A stretch of DNA of 64,000 nucleotides from assembly GCA_965140585.1 (NCBI GenBank), contig OZ223264.1:1-64000 (forward strand). The letters run 5' to 3'. Each line of letters begins with the position of its first letter. Position 1 is the first letter of the stretch. The notes beneath the pieces were generated by a model. It was not told the origin of the DNA. It did not search any database and worked only from the letters and a program-made list of their open reading frames with translations. The stretch is from Spirochaetia bacterium (GTDB taxonomy: Bacteria; Spirochaetota; Spirochaetia; UBA9216). The translations under genes were made by a program, and so were the position numbers. Below are positions 19,301 through 28,011 of the stretch, in pieces.

Positions 19301-19829
19301 TAAGTGCTTCTTTTAAAAGCAGGGCGAATGTCTGTTTGGGGACTGCTTTCTTGTCAAAAGGAATAGGAAGACCGCCCTCGGCTATATGGAATACACCCTT
19401 GGTTGTCCGTCTGTCGTTCTTCGGGTTATGCAGTACGCCCTGTTTTACCCTGTAGGAACTGATAATGTCGGTTATAAACTCGTTTTTATCCGGCGGAATC
19501 GAAAGTTCACGGGCAAGACCGTATCTGTCCAGAATCAGGGTGTCTGTAGGCAGCTCGGGCAGTTCGTCGGTGTCAACGTCTGCAAGATACCTGTTCAGAA
19601 AGTCCTGGATGCGTTTATCAACCGGACAATGATAGGTAGATAACAGACGGTTCTTTTCTTTATAGTTTTCGATAAGATCGTGGGCAATTTCAATGTCCAT
19701 ATTCTCTGTGCTGCTGCTGTGAGGAAGGCCCATTGAAGTCAGTTTAAGATTTATATATCTCAGTGTTCTCGCACGCTCTTCAGGGTTTTCTAAATCCTTT
19801 CCTAAACCCAGTTTTCTGCTTGTGTCCAT
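16350..19829 (-). CDS. Pyrophosphate-dependent phosphoenolpyruvate carboxykinase (PEP carboxytransphosphorylase)
   Basis: 1159 aa; GVLHNPKNDRRTTKGVFH, ADNYFGYCKKEVKTQI, HKPSTVSGGGKSEISK and GKSPSTTGAGSEGALTK motifs of the PPi-PEPCK family. Confidence 0.9.
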   Translation of the reverse strand: MDTSRKLGLGKDLENPEERARTLRYINLKLTSMGLPHSSSTENMDIEIAHDLIENYKEKNRLLSTYHCPVDKRIQDFLNRYLADVDTDELPELPTDTLILDRYGLARELSIPPDKNEFITDIISSYRVKQGVLHNPKNDRRTTKGVFHIAEGGLPIPFDKKAVPKQTFALLLKEALNPPSILTKLPFTDSQEDKADVIASLLLRPVVVPEVPGFSERRSIEIRFFAPGNMVCNLDFVESIFGNAGDPYLPEHDAALDPEHWTGHTGCIILAPHLTNVTKAEMGLPNEKYATERQKKDGMFWTSKNELYNDGSPFKLTARDESGVIVTLIADNYFGYCKKEVKTQIGYSANLFGVVEEEHAGGALAFPSFNLGTRFIPDSNMSFLHQKKGHTFANFEHVLGDDLIIHRKGFGYDKNFKNIIYIPETAAIDLETQQAVWEKDGEKVTIKVLPENYYLHPSGYKIQMRKHLASPAWMLVGTVAEGTFCHKPSTVSGGGKSEISKSIRDAMRFSSVFIGDFEEDMARAEEIISYNYGKRFKPEYRKTLKPGHTTRPLLSDERSLGSVIKLLSPSTNNTDEFNEWLEKIPLKVKMLVFLVKRFYEPEWGDNWKDKFSVDIINNEPGHILKFHNRELVGSYLKLGTTKTGSWVTNKLRQDYMPAEKVQLEDDISASITLSKTQVKGLSEANTHPSVKIVENCENRFFQRPDDAVHRGLDKQAEKDLGSRGNFISNFEPLQKQNAIDIYEKTAGFYAYTEPMQNVIKEFKENGGDDEYFIASSHPRIVDGAPSKNPRYLQLRPDLEDGITKYLGEIGMRLFRKLPAGSPLAAPVNAVLAGRRNNPADHEAGIRPLAVYAPIHYQQLPELFMDFVCSLTGKSPSTTGAGSEGALTKAPFNALSATSDLNNALLSFILTGYNGYTSAAGYIGPDYKVDHDISLLVPELWSRMSEEERDPKNLIAEGLLDKIDDFEYKGKKVLASRLGYRFNREFLSTYMGRIFDNPEVVFNEEMLKPELQSMEDFVDGINNIVEAQQKVAKGYIADGSVNAAIPPLKAILYIMAEGSWEGKTAEDPEVRNLFEREYVIESDWYKARLEAFRAQREQQVLNGMSYMEEFLKSERHKDEAMRLGIPTKLQQGKEKLKEVRSPEYIERLVGTIGLDPLYRQ

Positions 19830-20022
19830 AATTCCTTATTCCTCGGTTCTTTAATCAGATTAATTCCGAGTATACTGGTCGTAAAACGAAGGGTCAAGAT
19901 GCACAATTGTGCAAATTGTTAAATATCAGTAAAAGTTATGAACTAAAGATGTTATGAGTATATTATTGAAAATACAGGACAATCCGGATAGAATCTTTTT
20001 AGCATATAATAAAGGATTCACC

Positions 20023-20811
20023 ATGCATAAATTTGATCAGGAACTGAATTTTACAGAGACCGGAGACCATCTTCTTCAGGCTGATATCTCTGATAACTGG
20101 ACACACAGGGGAAATCTAAATGGAGGACTTCTTTTAGGTTTAGTAGGAAAGGCTGCGTCTTTCTACAGTGATAAAAGCGGAAGTATGCAGGTAACTGCGA
20201 ACTATCTTGACCGCACACTGCCTGGAAAGGTCGAAATTCAGGTTGAAGAACTGTCTGTATCGAGGAATTTCGATCGTTTTGAGGTAAGCCTTGTTCAGGA
20301 GGACAAAAAAGTCCTTCGAACTTTCTGCACTCTTTCTCAGAAAACCGGAGAAACTGAAGATTTTTCCGACTCTACCGATTATAAACCTTCCGCCTTAGAA
20401 GCTGATTGCATAGAAATGACCAGACCCGGTGTCACAATTATGTATGAAAATATGAGTGTGAAAGTAGACCCGGCTACGTCAGGATGGATGAAGGATGAGT
20501 TAAAAAAGCCGGGAGTGGTAAACGGGTGGATACGCTTCAGAGAACCCCGAAATTTTGATTTATATTCGGTTCCTCTTGCTGTAGACTGCTTTCCACCCTC
20601 AATTTTTGCCGCACTGGGAGCTTCCGCCTGGGTCCCAACGCTTGAGCTTTCCGCCTTTATTGCCAGATCTCCAGATGTGGATGCACTTTGGTCCAGTTTT
20701 AGAACAAATTTCTATACTGACGGTATCATTGTAGAAGACGGTATTGTTACAGATCCTGAGGGTAAAATTGTTGCCGTTTCCAGACAGACTGCCGTGTACA
20801 GAAAGGCCTGA
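20023..20811 (+). CDS. Double hot-dog thioesterase family protein
   Basis: NGG.LLG, AVDCFPP, WVPTLEL, EDG...G..VAVSRQ motifs; RBS aaagga before ATG 20023. Confidence 0.85.
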   Translation: MHKFDQELNFTETGDHLLQADISDNWTHRGNLNGGLLLGLVGKAASFYSDKSGSMQVTANYLDRTLPGKVEIQVEELSVSRNFDRFEVSLVQEDKKVLRTFCTLSQKTGETEDFSDSTDYKPSALEADCIEMTRPGVTIMYENMSVKVDPATSGWMKDELKKPGVVNGWIRFREPRNFDLYSVPLAVDCFPPSIFAALGASAWVPTLELSAFIARSPDVDALWSSFRTNFYTDGIIVEDGIVTDPEGKIVAVSRQTAVYRKA

Positions 20812-20898
20812 TTTAAAGTACTTATAAACATTAAAATTGTTTGTGATTTACAGTGAAAACCTTTAGACTTGTCTAAATAAATTTGAAGGAGATTTCTT

Positions 20899-21843
20899 AT
20901 GGCTTTGCTCCGTTATTTGATTCAATACCGTATCAAGGATATGGCTGATCTTATAGGTAATGATAAGAAGGAGCCGGAGAACTGCGATGAATCTCTTAAA
21001 GGAAAAACGGTTGTAATATCAGGAACAACAGCAGGTATAGGTCTGGAGACTGCAAGATTGTTTGCCGGGAAGGGTGCGTCTCTGATCTGTCTTAACAGGA
21101 ACCCGGAAAAATCTGCAAAGCTGGAAAAAGAGCTGCGGGAAAAATATAACTGTGATATTCAGACTGTAATTGTGGATTACAGTTCAATAGAGCAGGTGAA
21201 AGCCTGTGCTGACAAACTTATTAAACTTGAGAAGCCTATTGATGTTATTATTCACAATGCCGGTGTTTATCATACTAAAATGACTCTGTCTCCTGATAAT
21301 ATCGAGATGGTTTTTCAGTGTAATCATCTTGCTTCATTTATGCTGAACTATCTGCTTAGTGAAAAACTTAAAAAAGAAAATCGGGCCAGAATTATATATG
21401 TAAATTCGGAGGGACATCGCTTTGCTATGGCAGGTGTACATCTGTCCGATCTAAAGTGGCGACGGCATCTGTATACCGGTCTTAAAAGCTATGGGGCGGC
21501 TAAAACCGCCCAACTGCTGACCATGCAGAAGTTCAGTGAATACTTTTCAGATACAGATGTCACTGTAAACGCAATGCATCCGGGGAATGTACGTTCGGAC
21601 ATGGGTAATAACAACGGCAGACTTTACCTGTTTTTCAAGCAGAAGCTGGTTTTAAGCTCAGCAAAAGATCCGGAAATTTCTGCAAGATCCCTGTACTGGC
21701 TGGCTGCTTCTAAAAAAATGAAGGGACTAAGCGGGAAGTTTTTCAACCTGACTACCGAAGAACGTCCTGCCCCTCATGCAAGAGATTTAAAGCAGGCTGA
21801 GCCTGTCTGGAAAAAAAGTCTTGAACTCTGCCGATTAGAGTAA
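20899..21843 (+). CDS. Short-chain dehydrogenase/reductase (retinol-DH-like)
   Basis: SGTTAGIG, HNAG, YGAAK and HPGNV motifs. Confidence 0.9.
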   Translation: MALLRYLIQYRIKDMADLIGNDKKEPENCDESLKGKTVVISGTTAGIGLETARLFAGKGASLICLNRNPEKSAKLEKELREKYNCDIQTVIVDYSSIEQVKACADKLIKLEKPIDVIIHNAGVYHTKMTLSPDNIEMVFQCNHLASFMLNYLLSEKLKKENRARIIYVNSEGHRFAMAGVHLSDLKWRRHLYTGLKSYGAAKTAQLLTMQKFSEYFSDTDVTVNAMHPGNVRSDMGNNNGRLYLFFKQKLVLSSAKDPEISARSLYWLAASKKMKGLSGKFFNLTTEERPAPHARDLKQAEPVWKKSLELCRLE

Positions 21844-22848
21844 GAGCTTCAGAAGCAGAAAGAGAATTATTCCGAAGTTGATGATCGATGAAATCATCAT
21901 ACTTCTTAAGATTGGTTTCTTGATGTCATCACCCTTCATTGTTTTAAAGCCTGTTTTACTCATGAAGGTGCTTATCTGGGCCAACAGGCCGCTTTCATCA
22001 CTCAGGCTGTTTTTCTCAAGATCCTGTTTAATTATAAAATGCTGGCTGTATGGGAACACTGCAGCACTTTCCGGCTGGTTGCAGTCAATCAGGTTACATA
22101 GATAGGTATTTTTCAGAAACTCGATTTTATCAACAGATATTTCAAGTGCTTCTGTCATCAGGGCAGGATCGAATATCAGGCTGAAATTTTCGGATGTTTC
22201 ATCCTTCAGAAGCCCCCCGTAATCGACTGATAGGTTTCCCTCCACCCATAGAGCCTTATCAAGCGGTTTCATTTTTCCGCCGTTCAGATCAATATTTGCA
22301 GCAAACTCGGAGTTTCGTTTTTCATTTTTAAAATCAATAAGCAGTTCACCATATGGTGTAGTTGTAAATATTGTAGGGTCACTAGTGTATCCGCAGAAAC
22401 CGTTTTTAGGATCATGGCTGTTAGTGTTGGTTTCATAGTCCGAGATGATCCAGGAGATAAGACCGGTTTCTTTGTTTCGCGCTATGAGGTAGAATTCGAG
22501 TCTTGTCCCTATAAAGGCCGAGGTTCGGGCTGTAAAAGCGCTTAATATAACCATAGGGTACTTTTCTTCCCCTTCATAGACGGTGGCTTCTGCAAGCTCA
22601 TAACCTTCAGGGAGCATGGCCTGTGCTGCTTCAATATCCTTTATTCTGTAGGCAAGGAAGAAGCAGTAGGGATCAACGATAAATCCCATATAGGGGATCT
22701 TGCTGCTTCCTTTCTTCATGATACTGTCCTGGGTTTTTTTGGGAAGAATTTGGTTGAAGTCTCCCAGGAAACTTATTGCTGTCACATCTTTCGGTTTAAC
22801 AAGTGATTCTGTTTTAATTATAAAATCTCTGTTTTCTGTTTTATTCAT
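21835..22848 (-). CDS. Hypothetical protein with C-terminal TM anchor (paralog of 22861-23865; possibly acetoacetate-decarboxylase-like fold)
   Basis: Shares PYMGF, MLP, RLE.YLIA...TGLISW, NT, LWV.GN, IFDP and FP..QH blocks with its neighbour. Confidence 0.7.
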   Translation of the reverse strand: MNKTENRDFIIKTESLVKPKDVTAISFLGDFNQILPKKTQDSIMKKGSSKIPYMGFIVDPYCFFLAYRIKDIEAAQAMLPEGYELAEATVYEGEEKYPMVILSAFTARTSAFIGTRLEFYLIARNKETGLISWIISDYETNTNSHDPKNGFCGYTSDPTIFTTTPYGELLIDFKNEKRNSEFAANIDLNGGKMKPLDKALWVEGNLSVDYGGLLKDETSENFSLIFDPALMTEALEISVDKIEFLKNTYLCNLIDCNQPESAAVFPYSQHFIIKQDLEKNSLSDESGLLAQISTFMSKTGFKTMKGDDIKKPILRSMMISSIINFGIILFLLLKLLL

Positions 22849-22860
22849 TCTTTGATGTCC

Positions 22861-23865
22861 TCATGTTTTTATCATAAGTAATATAGAAAGAATTATTGAG
22901 ATGACTGGAAAAATCAGTATTCCGAAAAAGAATAGCCGTTTAATTCCCTTTGTTGAGAATGTTTTCATCCCTTTCATTTCGGCAAGGCTGTTGTAGTTTT
23001 TTATCAGATCATCAGTTGATTTAATATAGGTCCGGCAACCCGGGGCGTCTGCAATATAATGCTGGGTAAAGGGAAAGCAGGCAACCTTTGCCAGTTTCTG
23101 TTCTGCAAAATCGGGAACCAGTGTATTTTTTGAAATGCTTATATCTTCCGGCGGAATATCCATAGCTCTGCCTACTTCTGAGGGGTCAAAGATAACCGCA
23201 AAGGGGTCGTCTTCGTAATCGGATAGATCTTTTATATGGCCTATTGATGTGTTTCCGTTAACCCAGAGCGGTTGGTCGGGCCTGCGTATGACTCCGTTAT
23301 TGAGATTTCCCTTCAGGGAAAGATGGCGGTCTGAATTATCATCTTTTATATCGAGATAGACATCACCCTTTGAGCTTGTTGTGAACAGGGCTGTTCTGCT
23401 GTTGGGGTCGATTACTCCTTCAGACGGCACAGCAATTATTGTATTGCTTAATATGTCAAAAAATATCCAGGAAATAAGGCCGGTCTCTGTGTCTTGTGCA
23501 ATCAGGTATGACTCTAGTCTTATTCCCCAGAAGGTGCTGCCTCTGGTGTTTAAGTTTCCGATTCCAAAATAGTAGTCCGGTTCATCATCTTCAAATACCC
23601 TGGCTTTTACCAGTTTAAACCTGTCAGGCAGCATTGACTGCGCTTTTTCGATGTCTTTAAGCTTGAAAAAAAGAAAAAGACTGTATGGCTCGATGACGAA
23701 GCCCATGTAGGGCGTTTTTCTTGATGTTTTTATCAGCATTTTTTTAAAAAGAGAATTGGGCAGGAATTTCCGGAATCCCTGGAAGAAAAACAGGTTGCAG
23801 ACCTCGGCCGGATCGATAAGGTCTTCAACGTTTCTGATGAAACTGTCTTCGTTTTTTATCTGCAT
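22861..23865 (-). CDS. Hypothetical protein with C-terminal TM anchor (paralog of 21835-22848)
   Basis: Same conserved blocks; hydrophobic C-terminal tail. Confidence 0.7.
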   Translation of the reverse strand: MQIKNEDSFIRNVEDLIDPAEVCNLFFFQGFRKFLPNSLFKKMLIKTSRKTPYMGFVIEPYSLFLFFKLKDIEKAQSMLPDRFKLVKARVFEDDEPDYYFGIGNLNTRGSTFWGIRLESYLIAQDTETGLISWIFFDILSNTIIAVPSEGVIDPNSRTALFTTSSKGDVYLDIKDDNSDRHLSLKGNLNNGVIRRPDQPLWVNGNTSIGHIKDLSDYEDDPFAVIFDPSEVGRAMDIPPEDISISKNTLVPDFAEQKLAKVACFPFTQHYIADAPGCRTYIKSTDDLIKNYNSLAEMKGMKTFSTKGIKRLFFFGILIFPVISIILSILLMIKT

Positions 23866-23934
23866 ATATAAGGCCCCCTATATAATTTAAAACAGCAGGA
23901 GCAAAATTGCCAACTAAAAATTTCCGGTTTTTTA

Positions 23935-24369
23935 CTATAGAAGTGAAATAATTAAAGCTGTAACAAAGCCGGCCAGAAACAGTGATATAAGTATGAGCAG
24001 GATTCTTGAGTAGCCTTTTGGCGAAACCTGATCATTCTTGTCCATTTTTCTGATTGAAGGATAGAGCCGCCAATAGAAAGTGGCTATCGATGGAATAAGT
24101 ACTATAACGGCGAGCAGTTTCAGGGTGTCATCACCTTTAAGCAGAATAACAATAAGAAGCGCTATGAAAATCAGCTTGGTGCCTGCTACCCAGTTAATGA
24201 GATATTTTACAAAAGCGTGAATTTCCGGATCGGCTTTCGATTTTTCATAGGCGTTGAAAACGCCGATACCATTTCCATTTTTTGCACCGGGAAAGAAATA
24301 TAGGATAATAATATTAGTAGATTCCAGAATGATAAAAACCAGTATTGCTATTGATAAGGCACTCGTCAT
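23935..24369 (-). CDS. Small 4-TM membrane protein of unknown function
   Basis: Four hydrophobic segments; conserved-looking LES.N, NWVAGTKLIF and FYWRLYP. Confidence 0.7.
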   Translation of the reverse strand: MTSALSIAILVFIILESTNIIILYFFPGAKNGNGIGVFNAYEKSKADPEIHAFVKYLINWVAGTKLIFIALLIVILLKGDDTLKLLAVIVLIPSIATFYWRLYPSIRKMDKNDQVSPKGYSRILLILISLFLAGFVTALIISLL

Positions 24370-24414
24370 TTAATAATGATAATGTAAAAAAGCGTGTTTT
24401 ACCAGATTACAAAT

Positions 24415-24452
24415 AAAAAAGGGTCCGACAATTATTTGTCCGGACCCTTTTT
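24415..24452. terminator. Intrinsic terminator hairpin (A/T tails on both sides) downstream of the flavocytochrome gene
   Basis: aaaaaagggtccgacaa-loop-ttgtccggacccttttt. Confidence 0.8.
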
Positions 24453-24477
24453 AAACCAGGTCTAAGCCCTGATGTAA

Positions 24478-26433
24478 TTAAAGCTCAGAAGATGCGCTGT
24501 TTCCTGCGATTCTTCCAAAAGTCATGATATCAGAGATTGCATTACCGCCAAGTCTGTTACCTGCATGAATACCGCCTGTAACCTCTCCGGCAGCGTAGAA
24601 TCCGGGAATCGGGGTTCCGTCTGCATCAAGGACTCTTGCGCTCGTATCAATTCTGAGTCCGCCCATTGTGTGGTGAACAGAGGGTGAACGGGGAGTTGCA
24701 TAGAACGGTCCGTTTACAAGCTTCGGTCCGAAGTTTCTCTTTCCGAAATCAGGATCAGATCCCTGTTCGATAAATGAGTTGTATTTAGCAATTTCAGTTT
24801 CCAGAGCGCCTGCAGGCATTCCAAGCTGTTCTTCAAGGCCAGCAAGTGTGTCGGCCTTGTAAACCTTCTGAGTGGCTATGAGAGTATCAATATCATCACC
24901 CCAGAAGTTCTTTCCGCCGGGCTGCGGGTTTCCTGCAGTTACCTGGTCGCAGATAATGTAGAAAAGCGCATCCTGCTGTGAAAGTGCTCCTGAAGCAAGA
25001 ACATCTCGTTCTGCGTATTCGTTTACAAAGCGTTTTCCGGATTTGTTGACGAAAACCTGTGTTTCTGCACTTCCCCATAGACCTCCTGAAAGGGCTCCGT
25101 TCTCAGGGTCTGAACTTGGCATAAGCTGTACAAAACCCATACCGACAAGATCGGCTCCTGCATCTGTTCCCATTACAATACCGTCACCCATAGCATCTGC
25201 TGTGTTGGTAGTCTTCATTGTTTTTGGAATATCCGGCCAGTATGTGTTGTATTTTGCAATCATCTCAGGGTTTGCACCATAGCCGCCGGTTGTCATTATT
25301 ACGCCTTTCTCTGCAGTGAGGGTTACCGGTGTTCCGTCAGTCATCTTTGCGATAACACCTACTACACGGCCGTTCTCATCTTTAACAATCTCACTGGCCT
25401 TTGTTTCAAGCATTATATCAACACCGTTTTCAGCAGCAACTCTTGAAAGAGTGTTGATAAAACCGGCACCGACATGTTCAACGGTTGTATGACTTCTTGG
25501 CCAGAGTGCGCCGAGGATTGTTGCGACCTCTTCGCTGAATTCAAGACCAATGCTTTCAAGCCAGTGGAGAGTGGGAAGTGTGTTTGATGTAAAAGTTTTT
25601 ACAAGATCAACATTTCCGGTGATTTCTTTTCCATCAAGAGAGGTTCTCTTTCCGCCAATATATGTCTGCATCATGTGAAGTTCAGGGGAATCAAAGAGTG
25701 TTCCGTCATTTGATTTCTTGTATTCACGAATCTGGTCCTTAAGGACAGCAAGAGTAGGAGCAAAATCGCCGGCTTCAGCAGGAGTCATTGATAAGAAACT
25801 TTCAAGATCTTCCATAAGCGGTTTTGTCATCTTGATAGCTTTCTGTCTCTGAGGATCATATGAATTGTATCCGCCGCCTGATCTGATTGTGTTTCCGCCG
25901 AGGGCCGCTGCTTTTTCAATTAAAATCACGCTTGAACCGTTTCCTGACGCAGATACTGCCGCTGCAAGACCGGCTCCGCCTCCGCCGATTATGATAACGT
26001 CAGCAGTTTTTTTAATTTCTTCTCCTGCAACAACAGCAATCTTCTTGTTCTTGAGCATGAGAATATCACCGCCGGCCTGGGCAACACAGTCTTCTACGGC
26101 TGTAAGGAAAGCGCGGCTTGAATTAGTAGCTCCGGTTATTGCATCAACTGCAAGGGTCTGACCGTCTATTATTTCTTCGGTCAGTTTCTCCATGGCGACG
26201 CCGCCGATACCGGGAGTCTCTGAGTTGGATCCAACAGTAATCTTTTTGATTTTAGTCTTACTGAAAGAGACCTCAACAGGAACATCTCCGTAATTTCCCG
26301 GAGCAGCTGCGCTGTAGGTTCCAGGAGTAAACTGTGCTGTTGAGCCATTTTCATCACTTACGCATCCGCTAATCAGTAAAACTGCAATTACAGCGAGTGC
26401 GGTGAATGAAGCAAGTAAAGATCCTTTCTTCAT
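24478..26433 (-). CDS. urdA: Flavinylated flavocytochrome c lipoprotein, urocanate reductase-like
   Basis: Lipobox ISGC; FMN_bind motif VDAITGATNSS; GGGGAG; QLMP (Met instead of the fumarate-reductase His); HHTMGG; NRLGGNAISD. Confidence 0.72.
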   Translation of the reverse strand: MKKGSLLASFTALAVIAVLLISGCVSDENGSTAQFTPGTYSAAAPGNYGDVPVEVSFSKTKIKKITVGSNSETPGIGGVAMEKLTEEIIDGQTLAVDAITGATNSSRAFLTAVEDCVAQAGGDILMLKNKKIAVVAGEEIKKTADVIIIGGGGAGLAAAVSASGNGSSVILIEKAAALGGNTIRSGGGYNSYDPQRQKAIKMTKPLMEDLESFLSMTPAEAGDFAPTLAVLKDQIREYKKSNDGTLFDSPELHMMQTYIGGKRTSLDGKEITGNVDLVKTFTSNTLPTLHWLESIGLEFSEEVATILGALWPRSHTTVEHVGAGFINTLSRVAAENGVDIMLETKASEIVKDENGRVVGVIAKMTDGTPVTLTAEKGVIMTTGGYGANPEMIAKYNTYWPDIPKTMKTTNTADAMGDGIVMGTDAGADLVGMGFVQLMPSSDPENGALSGGLWGSAETQVFVNKSGKRFVNEYAERDVLASGALSQQDALFYIICDQVTAGNPQPGGKNFWGDDIDTLIATQKVYKADTLAGLEEQLGMPAGALETEIAKYNSFIEQGSDPDFGKRNFGPKLVNGPFYATPRSPSVHHTMGGLRIDTSARVLDADGTPIPGFYAAGEVTGGIHAGNRLGGNAISDIMTFGRIAGNSASSEL

Positions 26434-26606
26434 TTTTTCTCCTTTTCTTAACCCTTAAAGGACAATTGGGTTAAAAGTTATAGATAAATATTTAACTATA
26501 AAATATCAATTAATTTTATCTATTGCAATAGGCTTACTGAATATATTCGGTAAATATTTTGTAAGGGCAGAAATATGATATATTAGATTAAGAGGGAGAT
26601 TGGTAA

Positions 26607-27071
26607 ATGGCTGATATGCTTGTGAAACTGTATGAATTACCGAAGCCGGAAGCTTTGAGTGAGGGTGGAATAACTGTTAGAAGGGCATACCCCTCAGAGA
26701 AGGGCATTCTTACAGGTTGGATAAAAGATAATTTTTCACAGGGCTGGGCTGATGAGTGCGGAATTACGTTTTCAGGACATCCGGTAAAAACATTTATTGC
26801 CGTGAGGGAGAATGATATTCTGGGGTTCGCCGCATATGATGCGAGTGCTCTGGGTTTCTTCGGTCCGACAGGAGTTGCAGAATCGGCCAGAGGTCTCGGG
26901 ATTGGAAAAGTTCTTCTCTTGGAGACACTTCATGCAATGAAAGATTCGGGTTATGGATACGGGATTATCGGCGGTGTAGGACCTGTAGGTTTTTATTCAA
27001 AAACGGTAGGCGCTGTTGAGATTGAAGGTTCAACTCCCGGGATTTACCGGGGCATGCTGAAAAGGAAATAA
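26607..27071 (+). CDS. GNAT family N-acetyltransferase
   Basis: FFGPTGV..SARGLGIG acetyl-CoA motif; FYSK. Confidence 0.88.
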   Translation: MADMLVKLYELPKPEALSEGGITVRRAYPSEKGILTGWIKDNFSQGWADECGITFSGHPVKTFIAVRENDILGFAAYDASALGFFGPTGVAESARGLGIGKVLLLETLHAMKDSGYGYGIIGGVGPVGFYSKTVGAVEIEGSTPGIYRGMLKRK

Positions 27072-27105
27072 AAAAACCGGGACAACCATAGGTCATACCG
27101 GTTTT
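27070..27105. terminator. Bidirectional terminator between the GNAT and ABC genes
   Basis: aaaaaaccgg...ccggtttt hairpin between convergent genes. Confidence 0.6.
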
Positions 27106-27144
27106 GAAACAGTTAAAAACTTAAGTGTAACGAATGCGGGCTGT

Positions 27145-28011
27145 TTATTTAATGGCGCCTGCAGACAGGCCCTGAATAATATACTTCTGAAAAAAGATAA
27201 CGATTATAATCGGCGGGATAATTGCCAGTATGGTTGCCGCAGACATCAGATCCCAGTGAACGTAGTACTGGCCGATAAACTCGGTCATGGTTACAGTCAG
27301 CGGTTTTGATTTAAGGGTATATGTCAGAACCAGTGGCCCAGAAAACATATTCCATGTGTGCAGGAATGAGACAATTGAAACTGCTATCAGTCCCGGCATA
27401 ACCATCTGAAGACTGACCCTTCCGAGAGTCTGAATTCTTGTACAGCCGTCAATTCTTGCCGCTTCCTCAATTTCCTTAGGCACAGATTCAAAATATCCCT
27501 TCATAAACCATGTTTCAAAAGGCAGTCTGAATGTAAATGACAGCAGGATCAGGCCGAGCTTTGTATCCAGCAGATGCAGGTGAGAGAATTCGGAAAATAA
27601 TCCTATCAGAACCGGCCAGGAGGGAAGGGCTATTATGCCTATAATAAGATAGAAAAACAGCTTGCTTCCTTTGAACTTCAGCCTTGAGAAGGCGTATCCC
27701 AGAAGAGGCGCAAAGAACATAACCATGGCTGTTGTAATAAGCGACACAATCAGAGAATTGATAATTCCAGCCCTGAACAATTTTGCAGCAGCTATGCCGT
27801 CACCGCCTCTGAAGCTTTCGCCGGTTATCAGTACCTTTTTATATGCTTCGAGTGTCGGGTTCTCCGGTATCCAGTGAGGAGGTATTGAGTAGAGCTCGGT
27901 TCGCGGGGATATTGATGAAATGAATACCCAGAATATAGGCGCAATTGACCAGAAGAAGATTATGAAGACCATTACGGCAAGTATTATTTTGTAGGCAGGT
28001 CTGGCTTTCAT
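27145..28011 (-). CDS. Carbohydrate ABC transporter permease (MalG-like)
   Basis: EIEEAARIDG EAA motif; FQKYIIQGLSAGAIK tail. Confidence 0.93.
   Translation of the reverse strand: MKARPAYKIILAVMVFIIFFWSIAPIFWVFISSISPRTELYSIPPHWIPENPTLEAYKKVLITGESFRGGDGIAAAKLFRAGIINSLIVSLITTAMVMFFAPLLGYAFSRLKFKGSKLFFYLIIGIIALPSWPVLIGLFSEFSHLHLLDTKLGLILLSFTFRLPFETWFMKGYFESVPKEIEEAARIDGCTRIQTLGRVSLQMVMPGLIAVSIVSFLHTWNMFSGPLVLTYTLKSKPLTVTMTEFIGQYYVHWDLMSAATILAIIPPIIIVIFFQKYIIQGLSAGAIK

Noticed and set aside
19899-19930. GCACAATTGTGC palindrome / Rex-like box upstream of PPi-PEPCK
   Set aside because: Poor match to TTGTGAA-N4-TTCACAA; short palindromes are expected by chance
24478-26433. Fumarate reductase call for the lipoprotein flavocytochrome
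   Set aside because: The catalytic His position is Met (QLMP), favouring urocanate reductase
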